DNA of 57,684 bases, counting the filler, from Callorhinchus milii (lineage: Eukaryota): the NCBI RefSeq assembly GCF_018977255.1. It is 2 parts of 2 records of this genome, joined end to end, with 100 filler letters (N's around TTAATTAATTAA, not from the genome) between each part and the next. Parts side by side here need not be neighbours in the genome. Positions count along the whole stretch, not along the records: positions 28,903 to 57,684 come from NW_024705664.1; 1 more part is not named here. The stretch is one strand, 5' to 3'. The notes under the pieces are model-generated. The model was not told the DNA's origin. It worked only from the letters and a program-made list of their open reading frames with translations, and did no database searches. Below, piece by piece: positions 42,108 through 53,504 of the stretch; position 1 is the first letter of the stretch, and each line of letters begins with the position of its first letter. A program made the translations under genes and the position numbers.

Positions 42108-45100
42108 TGGGCTGGGGGCTGAGGGTTGTGGGCTGGGAGTTCGGGACTGTTGGCTAAGGTGCGGGGGTTGGGGGCTGAGGGTTGGCAGCTGGGGGTTGGG
42201 TGTTGGTGTTTGGGCGCTGGGGACTGGGGGTTGGCGTCTGAGGGCTGATGGCGTGTGACAGTCTCTCTGGGAAGGGGTTTGGGGGCTGTGGGTTGGGGGC
42301 TACTGGCTGGGCATTGGGGGCTAGGGATTGAGGTTTGGGGGCTGGAGATTGGGGGCTGGGAGCTGGGATTTGAGGGGTGAGGGTGGGGAGTTGGGGCTGA
42401 GGGTTGGGGGCTGAGGGCTGGGTGTTGGTGTTTGGGGACTTGGGATTGGGGGCTGAGGTTTGGGGGCTGGGCGTTAGGGGCTGGGGATTGAGGGATGAAG
42501 GTTGGGTGTTGGTGTTTGGAGGCTTAGGATTGGGGGCTGAGGGTTGGGGGTTGGGGGCTGAGGTTTGGGAGTTGGGGCCTGAGGGCTGGTGTTTGGGGGT
42601 TGGGGGCTGTGCGTTGTGTGTTGGGTGCTGAGGGTTGAAGCTGAGGTTTGGGGCTGGAGATTGGGAGTTGGGGTTTGAGGGTTGGGGGCTGAGGATTGAG
42701 GGTTGGGGGCTGAGGGCTGGGAGTTAGGGGCTGAGGGTTGGGGGCTGGGATTGGGGGCTGGGGTTTGGGGGATGAGGGTTGGGGCTTGAGGGTTGGGGAC
42801 TGGCTGCCGGGTGGGGGCTGAAGTCTGCGGGCTGAGGGCTGGGGGTTGGAGGCTGAGGGTTGGTTTTGGAGGTTGGGGGCTGGGGTTTGGGTCCTGAGGG
42901 TTGGGGCTGGCGTTTGGTGGTTGGGGATTGGGGGCTATGAGTTGGGGGCTGAGGGTTGAGGGCTGAGGGTTGGGGACTAGGGGTTGGGGCTGATGGTTGG
43001 GTCAGGCATTTGGGGTTTGGGGCCGGGACTTAGCGCCTGGGATCTGGGGCTGAGTTTGGAGGTTGGGGGCTGAGGGTTGGGGTTTGGTGGCTGGGGCTTG
43101 GGGGTTGAGCTGGGGTTTGGAGCTGGGATTTAGGGCCGGGGGTTGGAAGCTGGGGGCAGAGGGTTGGGGTCTGGTATTTGGGAGCTGGAATTTGGGGGCT
43201 GGGGGATTGGGGATTGGGTGCTGAGGGTTGTGGGCTGAGGGTTGGAGTCTGGGGGCTGGGGTTTGGTGCTGGTGTTTGGGCGCTGTGGTTTGGGGGCTGG
43301 GGGTTGGGGTTTGGGCTTGGGTTTGGATGTTGGGGGCTGGAGTCTGGGGGATGGGGGCTGGGTTCAGGGGTTTGGGGGCTAGGGTTTGGGGATTCGTTGG
43401 CTGGCTTTACGGGCTGGGGGCTGGGGTTTGAGGCTGGGGTTTGGGGTTGGGGGCTGTGGACTGAGGGTTGGGGTTTGAGGGCTGGAGTTGGGGGTTGAGG
43501 GTTGGGGACTGGGTATTTGGAGCTGGGGGTTAGGGTGTGAGGTTTGGGGGTTGCGGGTTGGGGGCTGAGGTTTGGGAGCTGAGGGCTGGGGGCTGGTGTT
43601 TGGGGTCTGAGGGCTGGGTCCTGGGGTTTGGGGGCTGGGGTTTGGGGGTTGAGGGCTGGGTTTGGGGGCTGTGATTGGGGGCTGGCGGCTGGGGTTTGAG
43701 GGTTTGGGGCTGGGGACTGAGGGTTGGGGTTTGAGGGTTTGGGGTTGAGGGTTGGGGGCTGGGTATTGGAGGCTGGGTTTAGGGTTTGAAGTTTGAGGCT
43801 GGGGTTTGGGGGCTGGGGTTTGGGGGCTGGGGCTAGCTTTAGGGGCTGTGAGTTGAGGGCTAGGGTCTGGGCCTTGGGGGTTGGGGGCTTGGGTTTGGGT
43901 GTTGGGTGTTGAGGGCTGGGGTCTGGGGGAATTGGGGCTGGGTTTTGGGGGCTGGTGTTTGGAGTTTGGGAGTTGAGGGCTGGGGGTTGGGGTTTCGGGG
44001 TTGGTGGCTGGCTTTGGGTGCTGGGGTTTGGGAGTTGAAGTCTGGGAGCTGGTGGTTGGGGGCTGGGGGCTGTGAGTTGAGGGCTCGGTTGGGGGCTGGA
44101 AGGCTGGGGGTTGAGGGCTGGGGTTGGGGTTGAGGGCTGTGGTTGTGGTTGGGGGTTGAGGGCTGGAGTTTGGGGTTGGAGCCTAGGGTTGAGGGTTGGG
44201 GGCTGGAGTTTGGGGGCTGGGGGCTGTGAGTTGAAGGCTGGGGTTGGGGGTCTGAGGGCTGGGTTTTGGGGTCTAGGGGCTGGGGTTTGGGGGTTGAGGG
44301 CTGGGTTTGGGGGCTGCGGTTGGGGGCTGGCGGCTGGGGTTTGAGGGTTTGGGGTTGGGGACTGAGGGTTGGGGTTTGAGGGTTTGGGGTTGAGGGTTGG
44401 GGGCTGGGTATTGGAGGCTGGGTTTAGGGTTTGAGGTTTGAGGCTGGGGTTTGAGGGCTGGGGTTTGGGGGCTGGGGTCTTGGGTCTGAAGGCTAGGGTT
44501 TGGGGGCTGAGAGTTGGGGTTGGGGATTGCGGGTTGGGGGCTGAGGTTTGAGGGCTGAGGCTGGGGACTGGTGTTTGGGGTCTGAGGGCTGGGGCCTGAG
44601 GTTTGGGGGATGGGGGCTGGTGTTTGAAGTTTGGGGTTTGAGGGCTGGGGTTTGGGGCTGGAGTTAGGGGGTTGGTGGCTGGGTTTTGAGGGTTGGGGTT
44701 GAGGGCTGGGGGGCTGGCAGCTGGGGGTTGAGGGTTGGGGTTGAGGGCTGGGGGTTTGGGGTTGAGAGTTGGGGGCTGGCTGCTGGGGTTGGGGGCTGGG
44801 AGCTAGTGGTTGGGGGCTGGAGTTTGGGGGCTGGGAGTTGAGGGCTGGGGTTGGGGGCTGGTGGCTGGGGTTTGAGGGTTGGGGGCTGGGGAGTGAGGGT
44901 TGGGGTTTGAAGGTTGAGGTTTGAGGGTTGGAGTCTGGGGTTGAAGGCTGGAGTTTGTCGGCTTGGGTTTGGGAGTTGAGGGCTGGGGTCGGGGGCTGGC
45001 TTTTGGGGGTTGGGGGATGGGGGCTAGGGTTTGGGGTTTGAGGACTGGGAACTGGTGGTTGGAGGCTGGGGTTTGTGGGCTGGGGTTTGGGACTGGGGTT

Positions 45101-45330
45101 GGGCTTGGGGGCTGGAGGCTGGGTTTTGGGGGCTGGGGTTTGAGCACTGGGGTTTGAGGGCTTGGGTTTGGGGGTTGAGGTCTGGGATCAGGGGCTGGGA
45201 TTTGGGTGATGGAGGCTGGGGTTTGGTGGTGGGGGGCCAGGAGTTGGGTCTGGGGTTGGGTTTGAGGTCTGGGATCAGGGGCTAGGGTTGAATTGGGCTC
45301 GGGACTGGCAGCTGGGGTTTGGGGGTGCTG
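42108..45330 (+). repeat. G-rich degenerate hexamer array (TGAGGG/TTGGGG/CTGGGG, occasional TTAGGG)
   Basis: About 3.2 kb of G3-5 runs with ~6-7-bp periodicity inside a PTK2B intron. Confidence 0.92.
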
Positions 45331-45370
45331 ATGACTGATGCCTATGTGACGGTTTCTGGGGGCGCGGCAG

Positions 45371-45520
45371 GAGGCTGAGTTCATGGTGGAGCCCAGCAGT
45401 AAGCAGGAGGCGCTGAGGTTGTGGGAGGTGGAACAGGCCGAGCTCCAGGCCAGGATCCGGCAGCAGCAGCGCGAGATGGTGGAGGACAGCAAGTGGCTGG
45501 AGCAGGAGGAGAGGCTGCTG
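45371..45520 (+). CDS. PTK2B: PTK2B exon: EAEFMVEPSSKQEALRLWEVEQAELQARIRQQQREMVEDSKWLEQEERLL
   Basis: CAG acceptor and CTG|GTGAGT donor; 150 nt. Human equivalent is EEDFIQPSSREEAQQLWEAEK...QQKQMVEDYQWLRQEEKSL. Confidence 0.95.
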
Positions 45521-45651
45521 GTGAGTGTGGGGCAGAGAGCAAGACCACCATCTTACACAGCTCCTCACACACACACAGCCCCTCACAGATACACACACAC
45601 AGCCTTTCACACACACACACTCATACACAAACCCACACACAGCCCCTCACA

Positions 45652-48172
45652 CATAGAATCATAGAAACATTGAATGTTCCGGCACAGAAGGAGGCCATTC
45701 GGCCCATCGAGTCTGTGCGGCTCTTTGACAGAGCATCACTCTCACTGACCCCAATCACCAGCTTTTTCCCCATAACCCCACAAACCCGTCTTCCCCGATA
45801 CCTGTCCAGTTCTCTCTTAAAAACTGTTATCGAATCGGACTTCACTGCTCTTTCAGGTGGATCATTCCAAAGCCCAACAACTCGCTGAGTGAAAACATTT
45901 CTTCTAACCCTCCCCTCTGCTTCTTTTGGTGATATCTTCAGACTGTGACCGCGGGTCACAGACACACCGACCAGCGGAAACAGCTTGTCCCTATCTCGCC
46001 TGTCGAAACCTTTCATGACCTTGAAGACCTCCATCAGGTCCCCGCGTAACCTTCTCTGCTCTAATGGGAAAAGTCCTAACTTCTCCACTGTCCTCATAGC
46101 TAAGGTTCCCCATTCCTGGTATCATTCTCGTGAATCTCCTCTGCGCCCTTTCCAGTGCCTTAATATCCTTCCTGAGGTACGGTGCCCAGAACTGGACGCA
46201 GTACTCCAGCTGAGGCCTAACCAGTGTTTTGTACAGATTAACCATAACCCCTACTCTTATACTCTATGCCCTACTAATGAAGCTCAGTACACCAAATGCC
46301 CTTTTTACTGCCCTATCTACCTGCTCTGCCACCTTCAATGAATCGCTTACTTGAACGTCCATATCTCTCTGTACGTTTACCCCCTTTAAGATTGAGCTCC
46401 AAGTCTATATTGCCTCCTATCATTTTTCCTCCCTAAGTATCACCTCACACTTATTCACATTGAAATCCATCTGCCACATGTCAGCCCATTCCAGCATTCT
46501 GTGTATGTCTGCCTGCAGTCCATCACAATCTTCTTCACTATTTACTATGGAGTCCTGTAGCTCAGTGGTTAGAGCGCTCACTTTGGAAGCGAGAGACCTG
46601 AGTTCAATTCCAGGCAGAGGGCGAAACCTTGGGCAAGTTTCCTTACTCCACACAGAGCCTAATAATAATCCCTCCAAAAAACAAAACAAAAAAAAAAATT
46701 GGTCATTTTCAATCTACGACTGTTTGTGGGACATTGCTGTGCGCAATTGGCTTCCGCGTTCGCCCACAAATATACAGTCAATTCACTTTACAGTGTGTTC
46801 TGTGAAGCGCTTTGGGACGTCCTCCAGACGTGAAAAGCGCTATAGCAAATGCAAGGATTATTATTATTATTATTATTATTATTACTACTACTACTACTAC
46901 TACTACCCGACCTAACTTGGTATCATCTGCAAACTTGGAAATAGTGCTCCCTATGGCCAAGTCCAGATCATTAATATATATTAGAAAGAGCAGTGGTCCC
47001 AATACCGATCCCTGGGGCACCGCTGCACACCTTCTTCCATTGCGAGAAACACCCATTAACCACCATCCTCTGCATTCTGTCACTCAGTCAGTTCTTAATG
47101 CAAACGGCTACTGTCCCCTTAATACCGTGGGCCTCCAGTTTTTTTATTAATCTCTTATGCATTACTGTGTCAAAAGCCTTTTTAAAATCCATGTAATTAA
47201 TGTCCACCGCATTTCCCTCATCAACCCTCGCAGTTACCTCTTCAAAAAATTCTATTAGATTTGCCTTTAACAAATCAATGTTGGGGGTCTCTAATTACCT
47301 CGTGTTCCTCTAAGTAGAGATTTATTCTGTCCCGGATTACGGTCTCCAGTAGCTTTCCTATTACCGAGGTTAGGCTGACTGGCCTGTAATTTCCGGGTTT
47401 GTCTTTATGCCCCTTTTTGTAGAGTGGGGTAACATTAGCCACTCTCCAGTCTCTTGGCACCACTACTGTGTCCAATGACGATTGAAATATAATGGCCAAA
47501 GCCTCCGCTATTTGAACCCATATCTCCCACAGCAACTTTGGGTGAAACCCATCTGGTCCTGGGGACTTATCAATTTTGAGCCCAGTCAATCTTTTCAGAA
47601 CTTCCTCTCTGTCTATAGTAATCTGATCTATGTCCTCTTCCCTCTCATCCAATACTGCGGCATTTGGGGCATCCGTTTCCGTTGTGAAGACAGATGCAAA
47701 GTACTCGTTCAGTACATCAGCCATCCCTCTGCCTCCACAACAAGATGGCCGTCATTGTCTTTGATTGGCCCCACCCAACCTTTAACTAACCTTTTTTCCT
47801 TTATGTGCTTATAAAATATTTTAGGATTCCGCTTTATGTTATCCGCTAACCTCTTCTCATGCGATCTTTTAGCGTGTCTTATCGCTCTTTTAAGATCACT
47901 ACTGCATTCTCTATTATGTGCTTTGCTATCCTCAGTGTCTTGCATCTTTTTGTTGTACGCCATCTTCTTCTTTTTCGTCAGAGACAGATTATCCCTGGTC
48001 ATCCAAGCATCCTTGGTTCTCGCACATTTCCCTTTTGTTGGAATATATCTATTTAGACCCTGAGCTATCGTATCTTTGAAGATTTCCCATTGCTCATGAG
48101 TCGTTTTACCTGCCATTCTTACTTGCCAGTCCACCAACTCTCGGTCCCTCTTTAGCCCATCAAAATTAACTC
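45652..48172 (-). mobile_element. CR1-clade LINE, 3' portion of ORF2 (frameshifted), interrupted by a SINE
   Basis: Motifs [73 protein letters not shown] and RRLRGDL. CR1-type 3' end GATGGGCCGAATGGCCTCC...TTCTATGATTCTATG. Confidence 0.95.
46549..46906 (+). mobile_element. Apparently full-length tRNA-derived SINE with partial Deu domain and L2-type tail, nested in CR1
   Basis: A box TAGCTCAGTGG, B box GAGTTCAATTCC and an anticodon-like loop TT-TGG-AA. Deu-like CTGTTTGTGGGACATTGCTGTGCGCAATTGGC. Tail GCGCTTTGGGACGTCCTCCAGACGTGAAAAGCGCTATA followed by (ATT)n(ACT)n. The CR1 reading frame resumes on both sides. Confidence 0.92.
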
Positions 48173-48577
48173 TACCACCTCCTAACCCCCTACCAACGCT
48201 CAGCCGGCTCTGGCTGCTCCATGTCCCCCGACCCACCCACCCCACCATTGGCGGGAGAGCCTTCAGCCACTCTGCCCCAACCTCTGGAACTGCAGTCCCC
48301 AGTCATTCCACCTCGCCCCCTCCTTAGCCTCCTTCAAGTCCCGCCTCAAGACTCTCCTCTTCGACCATGCCATCGGCCACCCCCCCACCCCCGACCACCA
48401 CCCCCCCCCCCCCCCCCCCCGACCCCAGCTCGGGTCTGAAATGCTGTCACTGTCCAGTGCCTTGGGACATCCTCCCGACGAGAAAGGCGCTATACACATG
48501 TAATCTTGTTGTTAAGTGCTCTGAGACACTACCCTGCGTGGAGGGCATTATATAAGTGCAAGTTGTCGTCGTTGTTG
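48173..48577 (+). mobile_element. L2 3' end fragments (two tails)
   Basis: Similar to 41690-41960. Tails CCTTGGGACATCCTCCCGACGAGAAAGGCGCTATA and GAGGGCATTATATAAGTGCAAGTTG. Confidence 0.82.
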
Positions 48578-48584
48578 AAAGGGA

Positions 48585-48780
48585 TACGGAGTTTAGTGTG
48601 TGTGATAGGGAGCCAGTGGAGGCTGGTGAGGGCTGGGGTGATGGGGTACTGAGCTTAGTGTGTGATAGGGAGCCAGTGGAGGCTGGCGAGGGCTGGGGTG
48701 ATGGGGTACAGGGTTTAGTGTGTGATAGGGAGTCAGTGGAGGCTGGTGAGGGCCGGGCTGATGGGTGACGGGGTTCAGTG
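48585..48780 (+). repeat. 60-bp tandem repeat x3 derived from antisense L2 sequence
   Basis: TGTGATAGGGAGCCAGTGGAGGCTGG at 48601, 48661 and 48721. Resembles L2 at 36480-36520 (LARLHWLP). Confidence 0.85.
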
Positions 48781-48959
48781 TGAGTATGTGTGGGGAGCTG
48801 TGTGTGAGGAGCTGGGTGAATGTGAATGCGTGTGTGTGTGAGACGGGCTGTGTGTGAGGGGTTGTGCCTGTCTGTGTGTGAGTGTGTGTGAGGAGCTTAT
48901 GGATGTGTTAGCGTCTATGTGTGGGTGTATGTGTGTGTGTGTGGGTAGTATGTTGGGAA

Positions 48960-49622
48960 GAAGAGGGCGAGTATCAAAAGTTGGGGAACAAATTCAAGGT
49001 CAGAACATCCAAGGTGGTGATCTCTGGGTTACTCCCGGTGCCTCAGGCAACGGGGCACCATAATGAAAGGATCAGGCGTATGAACGACTGGCTGGAAAAA
49101 TGGTCCAGAAAAGAAGGTTTCCGTTTTGTGGACAATTGGGACCACTACTGGGGGAGGTGGGATCATTACCTTGCAGATGGGCGGCACTTAAGCAAGGCAG
49201 GGGTTAACTTCCTGGCCAAGAGATTATCGAATGCTGGGGGGCTAATTTAAACTAGTGGCGAGGGGGGATGGGTATCCCAGGATAAACAATAGATTAGGGA
49301 ATAGAGGAAAAAGACAAGTGGGAAATATAGAGCAGGTACATGTAGACAATTTCCTTAAATGCATGTACCTAAATGCACATAGCTTAGGGAATAAGGTTGA
49401 TGAGCTGCAGGTTCAACTGGCCGTAAGGGGTTACGATGTGGTAGCAGTAACTGAGACATGGCTCAAGCCAGGACAGGAATGGGAGATAAATATTCCAGGG
49501 TATAATGTGTTCAGGAAGGATAGAGAAGGAAGAAAGGGTGAAGCGGTGGCAATATTAGTTAAGGATACAATTGTAGCTGTAGAAAGGGACGAGACTCTGG
49601 AGGGCCCGACAACAGAATCGAT
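48960..49622 (+). mobile_element. CR1-clade LINE 5' fragment: end of ORF1 (SGNH esterase-like) and start of the ORF2 endonuclease
   Basis: KVVISGLLPVP...MNDWLEKWSRKEGFRFVDNWD...DGRHLS, then LKCMYLNAHSLGNKVDEL...YDVVAVTETWL...IPGYNVFRKDR. Confidence 0.92.
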
Positions 49623-50400
49623 CACAGATGTTCCGAATGTCATTAGTGACTTTGACCAGAGCTGTTTCCGTGCTGTGGGCAGCGCAGAAGCCGGATTGGA
49701 GGGGTTCTCGCCCCCTGACCCCAGCTCGTGTCTGAATGGCGAGAGAGAAAGGAGTGGAGCTGGGACACGACGACTTGTTCCAGGACCTTGGAGAGGAATG
49801 GGAGGTTAGAGATGGGGTAGGAGCTGGAGAGGAGGGATGGGTCCAGGGAAGGTTTTTTCAGGATGGAGGTGATGACAGCTGTTTTTAGGGGGGGTGGGAA
49901 CTGAACCGGTGGACAAGGAGAGGTTGGTGACGTCGGACAGGAGAGGGGCCAGAAGGTGGAGCTGGGAGATGAGAGAGGTGGGGATGGGATCGAGGGAGCA
50001 AGTGGTGGGTTTGAGTTTGCGAACAGTCGCAGTGAGGGAGGAGGGTAAGATAGGAGTGAAGGAGTATGGGGGGGATGAGTGGGGGGTGGGTCATAAGGGA
50101 GAGGTGATGTGGGGGTGGCTGTGGATGGGGCAGAGGTGGCTGAATGTATCCCCTCGAATTGGGATTCGAGTAAGTCCAGCATCGCCTCACAGTTAAGAGT
50201 TTGAGGAGAGGATGGATGAGGCATGGGAAGGTGGACAGTGGCGGAGCCTGACTCCAAGCCGGGGAGGGGGGTAGAGGTGGCCATAAGCACTGTCGAAGAG
50301 GAAAGTTTGTAAGCGGGACTTAAAAGAGGGAGAAGGGGACAAGGTGGAGGGATTGAGGGAGTGTTTCAGAGTATTGTAGCGCAGTGGCTGCAAGCACAAC
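49623..50400 (-). mobile_element. Rearranged, degenerate L2 fragments
   Basis: The minus strand has KTAVITSILKKPSLDP, PISNLPFLSKVLEQVV, a QSGF...HSTETALVKVTNDI-like stretch and SFKSRLQTFLF. Confidence 0.82.
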
Positions 50401-50592
50401 CTCTATTTCCCTAGCTCCCCACCACACACACTAAACTCCGTACCCCCATCACCCAAGCCCTCGCCAGGTTCAACTGGCTGCGTATCACAGAACAGATTGA
50501 TTTCAAGATCCTCACATTTGTCTTCGAATCGCTTCATGCCGCAGCACTTCCCGACCTCTGGCATTAATCTATTTTTTCCCCAATGTCCCCAG

Positions 50593-50622
50593 GCTCCGAC
50601 CGAGAGCTCCAATTTACGGGAT
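50593..50622 (+). CDS. PTK2B: PTK2B micro-exon (predicted): APTESSNLRD
   Basis: TTTTTTCCCCAATGTCCCCAG acceptor and consensus GTAAGT donor; 30 nt, phase 0-0. It fills the slot of human DPMVYMNDKSPL, but sequence similarity is weak. Confidence 0.6.
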
Positions 50623-50696
50623 GTAAGTTATGCAATGTTTACCATTCGTCTCCAATAACTGTCATTGTCACTTGTTCAGTCTGTCCATCAACAACA

Positions 50697-51055
50697 ACTG
50701 TCTGTCTGTCTGTCTGTCCGTCTGTCCGTCCGTCCGTCCGTCCGTCACTGATACTCCATGACTGAGGGTAGGTATATGTGATAGTTAGTGTGAGAGTGTG
50801 TTCCAGACTGTGTGAGGTTCAAGGTGGGGGTCAGTGTGAGGGTTAGTGTGGGCGTATGTGTGAAGGTCACTGTGAGGGTGTGTGAGGGTCAGTGTGAGCT
50901 TATGTGTGGGGTCAGTGTGACGGTCAGTGTGAGGGTAAGTGTGAGGGTGTGTGTGGAGGTAAGTGTGAGGGTCAGTGTGGAAGTCAGTGTGAGGTTAAGT
51001 GTGAGGGTATGTGGGGGTCAGTGTGAGCGTGTTTGTGGGTGTCAGTGTGGGTGAC
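50697..51055 (+). repeat. (GTCY)n microsatellite followed by degenerate 12-bp GTGTGAGGGTCA repeats
   Basis: Read directly. Confidence 0.8.
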
Positions 51056-51119
51056 TGGTTTCTGAGGGTTGGTGTGAGGTGTGTTCCTAACTCTCTCTCT
51101 CTCTCTCTCTCTGTCTCAG

Positions 51120-51144
51120 GACACTGACAAGGATCCAGACTGCA
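51120..51144 (+). CDS. PTK2B: PTK2B micro-exon: DTDKDPDC(T)
   Basis: (CT)n-CAG acceptor and GTGAGT donor; 25 nt, phase 0-1. Its phase complements the next 47-nt exon, and it corresponds to human TPEKEVGY. Confidence 0.78.
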
Positions 51145-51257
51145 GTGAGTTAACCCATCTTGTCACTCAGTGAAATGAGAATTTTTCAGATGACACAACA
51201 CAATATACATTTATACAGCGTTTTTCACACCAGGAGGACGTCTCAAACCTCCTTACA

Positions 51258-51575
51258 GCCAGCACTGGGGGGAGCACTGCATTGTCGGAGACGCCATCCA
51301 TTCCATGAAAAGTTAAACCTCACTTTCTCTCAGTCTGTGCCATGTTCAGTCGGACATTAAATACCTCCTTGGCACTGTCGTGAAAAGAGAAGGAAGTTTC
51401 TCTCCCAGTGTCCAAGCTGACAAATAAAATCGCTCGCTCATTTCACAGCTGTTTGCAGAACATTGCTGTGCGCAAAGTAGCGTCAGCTCACAAAACACAC
51501 AGACTACACTTCACAAGAGTCCGGTCAAATGCTTTGAGACGTCATCCCAGGGAAAGTGGCGCTTGATAAGATGTC
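51258..51575 (+). mobile_element. Old DeuSINE (SacSINE1-like) body and tail
   Basis: GGGAGCACTGCATTGTCGGAGACGCC, GTTAAACC, GCTGTTTGCAGAACATTGCTGTGCGCAAA, GACTACACTTCA and GCTTTGAGACGTC occur in the order I recall for the Deu consensus. Not aligned computationally. Confidence 0.75.
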
Positions 51576-51647
51576 AGGTTATTTTAGTTATTATGACAGT
51601 GTTGACAGTTGATATCAGACAATTGTCCTTTCAGTGGAGCTGTCAGC

Positions 51648-51998
51648 AGTGTGTATGTGTGTGCATGTGTGTATGTATATGTGTGTGTGTATGTGTGTGT
51701 GGGTGTTTATGTGTGTATATGCATGTGTGTGTATGTTTGTGTGTATGTGTGTGTATATATGTGTGTATGTGTGTGTATATGTGTGTATGTATGTATGTAT
51801 GTGTGTGGGTGTATATGTATGTATGTATGTGTGTGTGTATGTGAGTGTGTGTATGTGTGTGTATGTATATATGTATGCTTATGTATGTGTGGGTGTTATG
51901 TGTATGTGTGGGTGTATATGTGGGTGTATATGTGTGTATGTATGTGTGTGGATGTATGTGTGGGTGTGTATGTGTGTGTGTGTGTGTATGTGCGCGTG
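51648..51998 (+). repeat. (TG/TA)n microsatellite
   Basis: Read directly. Confidence 0.92.
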
Positions 51999-52054
51999 TT
52001 GGTGGGGTGGATTGGTGGAGAGAGATTGACCGGCCTCCTTTTTTCTGTTTCTAG

Positions 52055-52101
52055 CGGAGTTCACAGTCCCCCCCGAAAAACCACGGAGGAAAAACCCACC
52101 A
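52055..52101 (+). CDS. PTK2B: PTK2B exon: (T)EFTVPPEKPRRKNPP
   Basis: TTTTCTGTTTCTAG acceptor and GTAGGA donor; 47 nt, phase 1-0. Human equivalent is LEFTGPPQKPPRLGAQ (proline-rich motif). Confidence 0.9.
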
Positions 52102-52914
52102 GTAGGATTTCTCATTAATTCCCCCATTCTCTCCCCACCATGTCTGTGCTGGGGCTCGCTCCCTACTGGAGCTCTCTACTCTAACCCCATTCCCTGCTCT
52201 CTCTCTCTCTCTCCATCGTGTCTGTGCTGGGGCTCCTCCACTGGAGCTCTCTACTCTAACCCCATTCCCTGCTCTCTCTCCATTGTGTTATATGGATTAC
52301 ACTAACATTTGAAAATCTCCCCGTGGGATGTGCTCTCTCTCCCTGGAGGGACGCCCCCTGCTTACCTAATTCCGGAAAGTATTGGGCACAGATTGGCAAG
52401 AGCCAAGGCTTGGGGGGAGCCCAGAGTGTGTGTTGGGGTCACTGCTGGAGTCTAACCAGCTAAACCCTCATAGCTTGCCATTGAGAGCGCTATCTGGAAA
52501 GATTTCCCGCTGTTTGTACAGCTAGGACCTCCCTCCCCGTTAGTTAGTGCTTTGGCTGCAGGGTTAACAGCAGCCATGGGGGAGGATTCCCTGCCCCCAG
52601 TGACCCCTAGTCTGCCCTTCCAGGTCCTGCCGATGATCCCACACTCTGGAGTCCCCAAGCCTTGTCTCGCCCCAACCTGCGCCTAATGCTTTCTGGAATT
52701 AGGTAAGGAGGATGCATCCCACCAAGGAGAGAGGGAGAGCACGCATTCCATTCCGCCAGGAGATTTCCACATGTGTGGACATGTGTGGGGGTGCTGGGGG
52801 GGGTTGTTTGTGGGGTGTGGGAGTTGTGTGTGTGGGTGAGGGTGTGTGAGGGTGAGCGTGTGTAGGTGGATGCGTTGGGGGTGTCACAATATGTATGTAT
52901 GGGGCGTTGAGGCA

Positions 52915-53300
52915 TGGGTATGTGGGTAGGGGGGTGGGAATGTCTGTGTGATGGTGTGTGTGCATGCGGGGGAGTGTCTGTGTGAGGGTGTGTTGGTAGG
53001 GGGGTGGGAATGTCTGTGTGAGGGTGTGTGTGCATGCGGGGGAGTGTCTGTGTGAGGGTATGTTGGTAGGGGGGTGGGAATGTCTGTGTGAGGGGGGGTG
53101 TATGGGAGGGAGTGTCTGTGTGAGGGTGTGTGTGTGGGGGGGAGTGTCTGTGTGAGAGTGTGTATGGGGGGGGAGTGTATGTGTGAGAGGGTATATATGA
53201 GGGGGGAGTGTCTGTGTGAGGAGGGGGGTGTATGAGGGGGGAGTGTCTGTGAGGGGGTGGTTTATGGGGGGAGGAGTGTCTGTGAGGGGGGGTGTGTGTG
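52915..53300 (+). repeat. G/T-rich minisatellite (GGGAGTGTCTGTGTGAGGG core)
   Basis: Recurrent core with variable spacers. Confidence 0.85.
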
Positions 53301-53360
53301 TGGGAGGGAGGGAAGGGGTGCTGCCCATAGTGATGCCCTCTTCCCCCGCCCCCCCCACAG

Positions 53361-53504
53361 CTGATCCAGACGGCGGCCACAGCTAACCTGGACAGGACGG
53401 ACGATGAGGTTTACCCTAATGTGATGGAGTTGGTCAGGGCTGTGCTGGAGCTCAAATCCCACATCTTCCAGCTACCGCCAGAGCAGTACACTGTCCTGGT
53501 CAAG
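53361..53504 (+). CDS. PTK2B: PTK2B exon, start of FAT domain: LIQTAATANLDRTDDEVYPNVMELVRAVLELKSHIFQLPPEQYTVLVK
   Basis: CAG acceptor and AAG|GTCAGC donor; 144 nt. Human TANLDRTDDLVYLNVMELVRAVLELK is PYK2-type, not FAK-type. Confidence 0.97.

Noticed and set aside
46549..46620. tRNA gene (TGG anticodon)
   Set aside because: The stems are imperfect, and the sequence continues into a Deu domain and LINE tail, so it is a SINE head.
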